Assembly: GCA_910579415.1 (NCBI GenBank)
Contig: CAJTUY010000001.1
Location: forward strand, 39,864-103,863
Length of the DNA stretch: 64,000 nt
DNA from: an uncultured Clostridia bacterium
GTDB taxonomy: Bacteria; Bacillota; Clostridia; UBA1381
Reading direction: 5' to 3'
Part shown: piece by piece, positions 58,793 through 64,000 of the stretch
Position numbering within the stretch: the stretch's first letter is position 1
Layout of the letters: every line of letters starts with the position of its first letter
Program-made: the position numbers and the translations under genes
Notes under the pieces: model-generated
The model's input: the letters and a program-made list of their open reading frames with translations, nothing else
What the model was told of the DNA's origin: nothing
Database searches by the model: none

Positions 58793-60124
58793 ATGCGACT
58801 TCCTGAAAGTGTGATGAATATTTTAAACCGGCTTTATGAAGGCGGTTTTTCCGCATTTGTCGCAGGAGGCGCGGTACGCGATATGCTTATAGGCAGAACC
58901 CCTCATGATTATGATATTGCAACCAATGCAAGGCCGAAGGAAGTAAAAGCAATGTTTCCGCGTACGATTGATACGGGAATAAAACACGGAACTGTAACCG
59001 TAGTAGAGAACAAGACAGGATATGAGGTTACAACCTTCCGAAGCGACGGCGAATATTCGGACGGACGTCACCCCAACAGCGTAGAATTTGTAAGAGAACC
59101 GCGCGAGGACTGCGCGCGCCGCGATTTTACGATAAACGCTATGATGTACAGTCCGCGTGACGGTGTGCTTGATTTTTTCGGCGGCAGGGAGGATATTAAA
59201 AACAAGACTGTAAAATGTGTCGGGGTGAGCGAGGAACGCTTTAAGGAGGATGCTCTGCGTATGCTCAGGGCGGTACGGTTCAGCGCGGCATTATCGTTTG
59301 ATATTGATACGGAAACGTATCGCGCAATTAAAAAATGCGCCGTGCTTATTAAAAAAGTAAGCAGCGAGCGTATTTTAGATGAGCTTAATAAAATACTTCT
59401 GTCTGAAAATCCGCACTATATCGGCAAACTGCATGACTGCGGACTGCTCAGGTATATTATGCCGGAGGTGGAACGCTGTTTCGGAGAGCCGCAGAGGAAT
59501 AAATACCATATTTATGATGTGGGGGAACATATTATGCATACGGTGAAAAGTACTCCTGCCGACCTTGTGCTTCGATGGGCGGCGCTTGTGCATGATATTG
59601 GAAAGCCTGCATGTTCAAGCTGTGATGAGGACGGTATAATTCATTTTTACGGGCATCACAGAGAAAGCTGCCGTCTGGCTGTTGATATGCTGCACAGGCT
59701 CAGGATGGATAATAATACTATACGCGATATTGCGGTATTGGTAGAAAATCATGATGTGCGGATTGAACCGTCACTGTCTGCCGTAAAACGTATGATGTCG
59801 CGTACGGGAGAGGCTCTGTTTGAGAAGCTGCTGAAGCTTCAGCTTGCTGATAATATGGCTAAAAATCCTGTACATTTTCCTGAAAAGAGGGCGAGGATTG
59901 AGAGTGTTTACAGGATTTATAAGGAAATTCTTGCCGAGCGTCAGCCGTATCTTGTTTCACATCTTGCAGTTAACGGTAAGGATTTGATACGTATAGGCTA
60001 TCGTCCGGGCAGGGAAATAGGTGATACTCTGAAATGTCTGATTGATGAGGTTATTATTAACCCGTCGCTGAATAACCGTGACTATCTGCTCAGAGCGGCA
60101 AAGGAATATAAAAAGAGAAAGTAA
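58793..60124 (+). CDS. cca: CCA tRNA nucleotidyltransferase with HD domain
   Basis: GGAVRD, DYDIAT, EVTTFR, RRDFTINA, EDALRMLRA, HDIGKP. Confidence 0.92.
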   Translation: MRLPESVMNILNRLYEGGFSAFVAGGAVRDMLIGRTPHDYDIATNARPKEVKAMFPRTIDTGIKHGTVTVVENKTGYEVTTFRSDGEYSDGRHPNSVEFVREPREDCARRDFTINAMMYSPRDGVLDFFGGREDIKNKTVKCVGVSEERFKEDALRMLRAVRFSAALSFDIDTETYRAIKKCAVLIKKVSSERILDELNKILLSENPHYIGKLHDCGLLRYIMPEVERCFGEPQRNKYHIYDVGEHIMHTVKSTPADLVLRWAALVHDIGKPACSSCDEDGIIHFYGHHRESCRLAVDMLHRLRMDNNTIRDIAVLVENHDVRIEPSLSAVKRMMSRTGEALFEKLLKLQLADNMAKNPVHFPEKRARIESVYRIYKEILAERQPYLVSHLAVNGKDLIRIGYRPGREIGDTLKCLIDEVIINPSLNNRDYLLRAAKEYKKRK

Positions 60125-60134
60125 AATTATATTC

Positions 60135-60240
60135 CTTCTTTTTGCGGCAAAAAGAAGCAAAAACCCCAAAGGGGGATTTCGATTTACCCCTTTGGAAACC
60201 CCTTTAAATGACAAAGTGGGTTGCACCCCCTTTGAACCCC
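60135..60240. repeat. Intergenic multi-hairpin palindromic element (REP/MITE-like)
   Basis: Three adjacent inverted repeats; CCCCTTT occurs three times, twice as CCCCTTTG. Confidence 0.5.
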
Positions 60241-60271
60241 TGCATCGTTAATTTACAAATTTTCAAAAACA

Positions 60272-60298
60272 AAAAGGAACTGTTTTAACAGTTCCTTT
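60272..60298. terminator. Terminator of rplA
   Basis: AAAAGGAACTGTT-loop-AACAGTTCCTTT. Confidence 0.8.
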
Positions 60299-60312
60299 AT
60301 TTTGAGGTTAAA

Positions 60313-61005
60313 TTAACTCAATTTTGCTGTATTAACTTTAATACCGGGTCCCATTGTTGAAGCAACAACAACGCTCTTCAAATACTGACCTTTTGCAGCT
60401 GCCGGCTTAGCCTTAACGATTGCGCTCATAAGAGCCTCAAAGTTTTCCTGAAGCTTCTGCGCGCCGAATGAAGCCTTACCGATAGGGCAGTGAATGATAT
60501 TAGTCTTATCAAGCTTATATTCAATCTTACCTGCCTTAATTTCGTTTACAGCCTTTGTAACGTCCATTGTAACAGTACCTGCCTTTGGTGACGGCATAAG
60601 TCCCTTAGGACCAAGTACCTTACCAAGACGACCTACAACACCCATCATATCGGGAGTAGCAACAACAACGTCAAAATCGAACCAGTTTTCACCCTGTATC
60701 TTCTGAACAAGTTCAGCTTCGCCTACATAATCAGCGCCTGCTGCCTGTGCTTCATCAGCCTTTGGTCCTTTAGCGAATACCAAAACCTTTGAAGTTTTAC
60801 CTGTACCGTGCGGAAGTACAATCGCACCTCTGACCTGCTGGTCAGCGTGTCTTGAGTCAACGCCAAGTCTGATATGAGCTTCAACTGTTTCATCAAACTT
60901 AGCCTTAGATGTTTTTGTAACAAGGTCCATTGCCTCGTTAGTGTCATAAAGCTTTGATTTCTCTACAAGCTTTACACTGTCCTGATATTTTTTTCCTCTA
61001 AACAT
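60313..61005 (-). CDS. rplA: 50S ribosomal protein L1
   Basis: [28 protein letters not shown]. Confidence 0.97.
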   Translation of the reverse strand: MFRGKKYQDSVKLVEKSKLYDTNEAMDLVTKTSKAKFDETVEAHIRLGVDSRHADQQVRGAIVLPHGTGKTSKVLVFAKGPKADEAQAAGADYVGEAELVQKIQGENWFDFDVVVATPDMMGVVGRLGKVLGPKGLMPSPKAGTVTMDVTKAVNEIKAGKIEYKLDKTNIIHCPIGKASFGAQKLQENFEALMSAIVKAKPAAAKGQYLKSVVVASTMGPGIKVNTAKLS

Positions 61006-61020
61006 TTCGTATCCTCCTTC

Positions 61021-61051
61021 GTGGTCAAACAAGATTTCGTATCTCTCCCAC
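61021..61051 (-). promoter_or_regulatory. L1-binding leader before rplA
   Basis: GTGGGAG-hairpin-ACCAC directly before the RBS, the L1 operator pattern. Confidence 0.8.
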
Positions 61052-61064
61052 CTATCTTAACAAA

Positions 61065-61490
61065 TTAGTCACCGATAAGAACGCCCATGCTTCTGCAAGT
61101 ACCTGCAATCATGCTCATAGCGGCTTCGATGCTTGCCGCGTTGAGGTCAGGCATTTTCTGTTCTGCAATAGCCTGAAGGTCAGCTTTTGAAATTGTAGCG
61201 ACCTTAGTCTTGTTGGGAACACCCGAACCGCTCTGTATCTTACAAGCCTTCTTGATAAGAACTGCAGCCGGCGGTGTCTTTGTTACGAAGGAGAATGAAC
61301 GGTCTGCATAGACAGTAATAACTACCGGAATGATAAGACCTGCGTCCTTCGCTGTTTTTTCGTTAAATTCCTTTGCAAACTGCATAATGTTTACACCGTG
61401 TTGACCCAATGCGGGACCAACGGGGGGAGCCGGAGTTGCTTTGCCGGCAGGAATTTGTAATTTAATATAACCTGCAACTTTTTGTGCCAT
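61065..61490 (-). CDS. rplK: 50S ribosomal protein L11
   Basis: [23 protein letters not shown]. Confidence 0.97.
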   Translation of the reverse strand: MAQKVAGYIKLQIPAGKATPAPPVGPALGQHGVNIMQFAKEFNEKTAKDAGLIIPVVITVYADRSFSFVTKTPPAAVLIKKACKIQSGSGVPNKTKVATISKADLQAIAEQKMPDLNAASIEAAMSMIAGTCRSMGVLIGD

Positions 61491-61531
61491 AATGGCCACC
61501 TCCTTAGTTAAATCATAGCTTAACGCTATAT

Positions 61532-61560
61532 GTGGTAATTGCGGGCAAACGCCCTCCCAC
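61532..61560 (-). promoter_or_regulatory. L1-binding leader before rplK
   Basis: GTGGGAG-GGCGTTTGCCC-GCAATT-ACCAC. Confidence 0.8.
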
Positions 61561-61621
61561 TGTTACCAGAGGGATATATAATCAATGCAAAAAGCATCAA
61601 TTAACGTATTTTGGGAATGTT

Positions 61622-62146
61622 TTATTCCATATGCTCAACCTGTGTATAATCAATTTCAACAGGTGTTTCGCGTCCGAACATTGAAACGGCAACGTTGATT
61701 TTACGTGTTTCGTTGTTAATGCTCGTAACCTTACCAGAAAAGCCTTCCATCGGACCTGATTTAATAGAAACATTGTCGCCTACGGCAAAGTCAATATCCT
61801 TCATGCGGATTATCTCGACACCCATGCGCTCAACCTCTGCATCAGACAGCGGAACAGCCTTAGAGCCGGGACCGACAAAGCCTGTAACTCCGCGTGTGTT
61901 TCTTACGACATACCAGCTCTCGTCCGTAAGAACCATTTTTACAACGACATAGCCGGGAAAAAGCTTACGCTTAACGACCTTCTTTTCGTCGCCTTTTTCC
62001 TCTACAACATCTTCGGTAGGAACTTGTACATCAAGAATTAAATCCTGCATACCGCGGTTTTCGACAGTCTTTTCTATATTGTCCTTAACCTTATTTTCGT
62101 AGCCCGAATATGTATGGGCTACATACCATTTTGCGTCTTCTGCCAT
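61622..62146 (-). CDS. nusG: Transcription elongation factor NusG
   Basis: WYVAHTYSGYE, FPGYV, VRNTRGVTGFVG, KOW, FGRETPV. Confidence 0.97.
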   Translation of the reverse strand: MAEDAKWYVAHTYSGYENKVKDNIEKTVENRGMQDLILDVQVPTEDVVEEKGDEKKVVKRKLFPGYVVVKMVLTDESWYVVRNTRGVTGFVGPGSKAVPLSDAEVERMGVEIIRMKDIDFAVGDNVSIKSGPMEGFSGKVTSINNETRKINVAVSMFGRETPVEIDYTQVEHME

Positions 62147-62179
62147 AACCGTTCTCCTTTCCGACATTCTAAGCGAAAA

Positions 62180-62407
62180 TTATTGAAGTATGCCCGCAAG
62201 CAAAGTGAATAATTTTCCGAATGCCAAATCAAGAACTGATAAAATAACAGAAATTAAAATGATGAACACGATAATTACACCCGTGTTATGGATTAACTGC
62301 TCCTTTGTAGGCCAGGTAACCTTTTTAAGCTCTGCCTTTGTATCCTTGAAAAATCTCTTTACACGTGTGGCAAAGCCAACTTTTTTCGTTGTGTTTGTAT
62401 CAGCCAT
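62180..62407 (-). CDS. secE: Preprotein translocase subunit SecE
   Basis: ELKKVTWP followed by a TM helix; between rpmG and nusG. Confidence 0.95.
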   Translation of the reverse strand: MADTNTTKKVGFATRVKRFFKDTKAELKKVTWPTKEQLIHNTGVIIVFIILISVILSVLDLAFGKLFTLLAGILQ

Positions 62408-62435
62408 TTTTTTACACGTCCTTACTCAATCAAAA

Positions 62436-62585
62436 TTATTTGGTTTCCTTGTGAAGAGTGTGCTTTCTGCAGAACTTACAGTATTTATTCATCTCAAGTC
62501 TGTCAGGGTCATTCTTCTTATTCTTCATTGTGTTATAGTTTCTCTGCTTGCATTCAGAACACGCCAATGTGATTTTTACTCTCAT
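62436..62585 (-). CDS. rpmG: 50S ribosomal protein L33 (Zn-binding form)
   Basis: [31 protein letters not shown]. Confidence 0.96.
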   Translation of the reverse strand: MRVKITLACSECKQRNYNTMKNKKNDPDRLEMNKYCKFCRKHTLHKETK

Positions 62586-62662
62586 TCTTAACACCTCCGC
62601 ATCTATATTATACACTCTTTCTTTCAAGCATAAAAAAAAGAGCTTTTTTATCGAGCAGACTA

Positions 62663-62691
62663 ATTATAACATTATAAGTATAATAAGTCAA
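62663..62691 (-). promoter_or_regulatory. Promoter of rpmG-secE-nusG
   Basis: TTGACT-17-TATAAT. Confidence 0.65.
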
Positions 62692-62748
62692 GCCTTTTTT
62701 TGATTTTTTTGACAAAAAATCCAATATAAAATCATAAGAGGCTGAAAG

Positions 62749-62798
62749 CAATTTTCGGATATTGCCGCTTTGCGGTAAACGGTGATATCCGAAAATTT
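62749..62798 (-). terminator. Long hairpin after the DUF2161-like gene
   Basis: AATTTTCGGATATTGCCG...CGGTGATATCCGAAAATT. Confidence 0.6.
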
Positions 62799-63495
62799 AT
62801 TCAGCCTGCTGTAAAAGCTCTGTATAATATCTTTCCAGCTCGGGATATTCCATTAAATCAAGTCTGCCTTTTTCGGTGATTTTAAAAATACCGCGTCCTG
62901 TTTTTTCAAACCAGCCGTAAACATTCATGGTTAATATGTTATACGCATTATCAGCACCGCCCTTTTTCCGCACCTCTGCGGCGGACATTTCTCCGTACAT
63001 ATCAAGCATACATGCTATATGTATACATTTTTCCGTGTAGGCGGTAATTATTTTTGTGCCGGTTACGCCGCCTGTGTTGGTTTCGATGGTTCTGCCTTCA
63101 ATTTCCGTCATGATTTCTTTACGCTTCCGGGTGTCTTTGTACATAAATTTAAACGGCTTCGGTTCAAATACAATTTCCGCAAACGAATGTTCTCCGCGAA
63201 GCGATACGAAAATCAGACCAAGCTCAAGCTTTTTTATAACAGAAAATACGGAACGGAATTTTTTCAGCGAATACTGCTTCGGTTTCGGAACTGCGATAAA
63301 CACATCCGCGCCTGTACGCTGACGTTTTAAACCCTGACCCAAAAGAGTTACCGTCAGATTTCTTTTAAGCTCGACAATTATAAATTCATCATCTTTAACG
63401 GCTGTCATGTCGCAGTCCTTAACCTCAGCATTTACAGTGTATCCGCGTTTTTCAAAGAGATTTCGGACAGGCGGGTATAATTCCTTTTCTGTCAT
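62797..63495 (-). CDS. DUF2161-like putative PD-(D/E)xK protein
   Basis: EKELYPP, AEVKDCD, IVELK, GG..IITAY, N.YGWFE..RG. Confidence 0.75.
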   Translation of the reverse strand: MTEKELYPPVRNLFEKRGYTVNAEVKDCDMTAVKDDEFIIVELKRNLTVTLLGQGLKRQRTGADVFIAVPKPKQYSLKKFRSVFSVIKKLELGLIFVSLRGEHSFAEIVFEPKPFKFMYKDTRKRKEIMTEIEGRTIETNTGGVTGTKIITAYTEKCIHIACMLDMYGEMSAAEVRKKGGADNAYNILTMNVYGWFEKTGRGIFKITEKGRLDLMEYPELERYYTELLQQAE

Positions 63496-64000
63496 ATTCT
63501 TTTTAATTCTCCCGCACCTATTTTATGAATGGTACCGTCACATGAAATCCACACGGGTATTGCGTTCGGGTTTAAAACCATATCTCCGTTGGCAGTATAT
63601 TTGAGATTTTGAGCGGCGTTCATATAATCGACAATTTCTATGTTTGTTGCATACCATATATCGTCCCTGTTTCCTATAAATTCGCAGAAGCCTTCTATCA
63701 AATCCCAACTGTTGTCGCGGTCAAATTCATAGCTGTGACCCCATACATACATCATATAAAGGTATTGTGTCTTATGTAAGTCGGCGAATTTTTCGGCATT
63801 CTCCATAAGATTATGACCGTGATGGCATGTGGATTTCCATAAAAGATAATTTTCGGGCATTGCAAAATTATCGGTGTTTCCGACTACCCGGCAGTACTCT
63901 ATACCGCAGGAGGGAAGAAGCTTTACAATGTCGTCGCTGTATGAGCCGTTCGGATAGCTCATGCCGCGTACAGGATAGCCTGTGGCAGCTTCAAGGGCTT
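63492..64000 (-). CDS. Polysaccharide deacetylase family protein (3' part; start outside the window)
   Basis: Frame stays open to the window edge: ALEAATGYPVRGMSYPNG...YVWGHSYEF...DIWYATNIE. Confidence 0.8.
   Translation of the reverse strand, partial: ALEAATGYPVRGMSYPNGSYSDDIVKLLPSCGIEYCRVVGNTDNFAMPENYLLWKSTCHHGHNLMENAEKFADLHKTQYLYMMYVWGHSYEFDRDNSWDLIEGFCEFIGNRDDIWYATNIEIVDYMNAAQNLKYTANGDMVLNPNAIPVWISCDGTIHKIGAGELKRI

Noticed and set aside
1..64000. CRISPR arrays, tRNA, rRNA, IS elements, prophage
   Set aside because: No repeat-spacer pattern, cloverleaf, transposase, integrase or phage gene seen; intergenic gaps are short.

Overview
A 64 kb chromosomal segment from an anaerobic Clostridia-type (Bacillota) bacterium, judged from gene content. 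It is almost entirely core genes, with no IS transposase, prophage, CRISPR array, rRNA or tRNA visible. In order: ctsR-mcsA-mcsB-clpC (partial) with a CtsR box; an SDR and prfA; a large NlpC/P60 hydrolase; a probably highly expressed dockerin-protein plus cohesin-like/SLH surface pair; ung-coaE-SLT-cmk-like-uppP; stand-alone gyrA with two cyclophilins; an L,D-transpeptidase; rny-ymdB; a glycogen operon (glgBCDAP, GH13, HAD); an orphan PduB-type microcompartment shell gene divergent from hydG; an EF-G paralogue; msmK; addBA; ddh; cysE; a group B-like [FeFe] hydrogenase; cca; and rpmG-secE-nusG-rplK-rplA with two L1 leaders. The most notable unexplained signals are: a ~170 nt highly paired leader in front of an orphan 107-aa ORF; two large folded elements flanking rny; histone-like Lys-rich tails on both GlgB and GlgA; the dockerin/cohesin-SLH pair; the orphan shell gene; and a shared inverted operator-like motif upstream of glgB, the EF-G paralogue and msmK. 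All family calls come from motif recognition by eye; no database searches were run.
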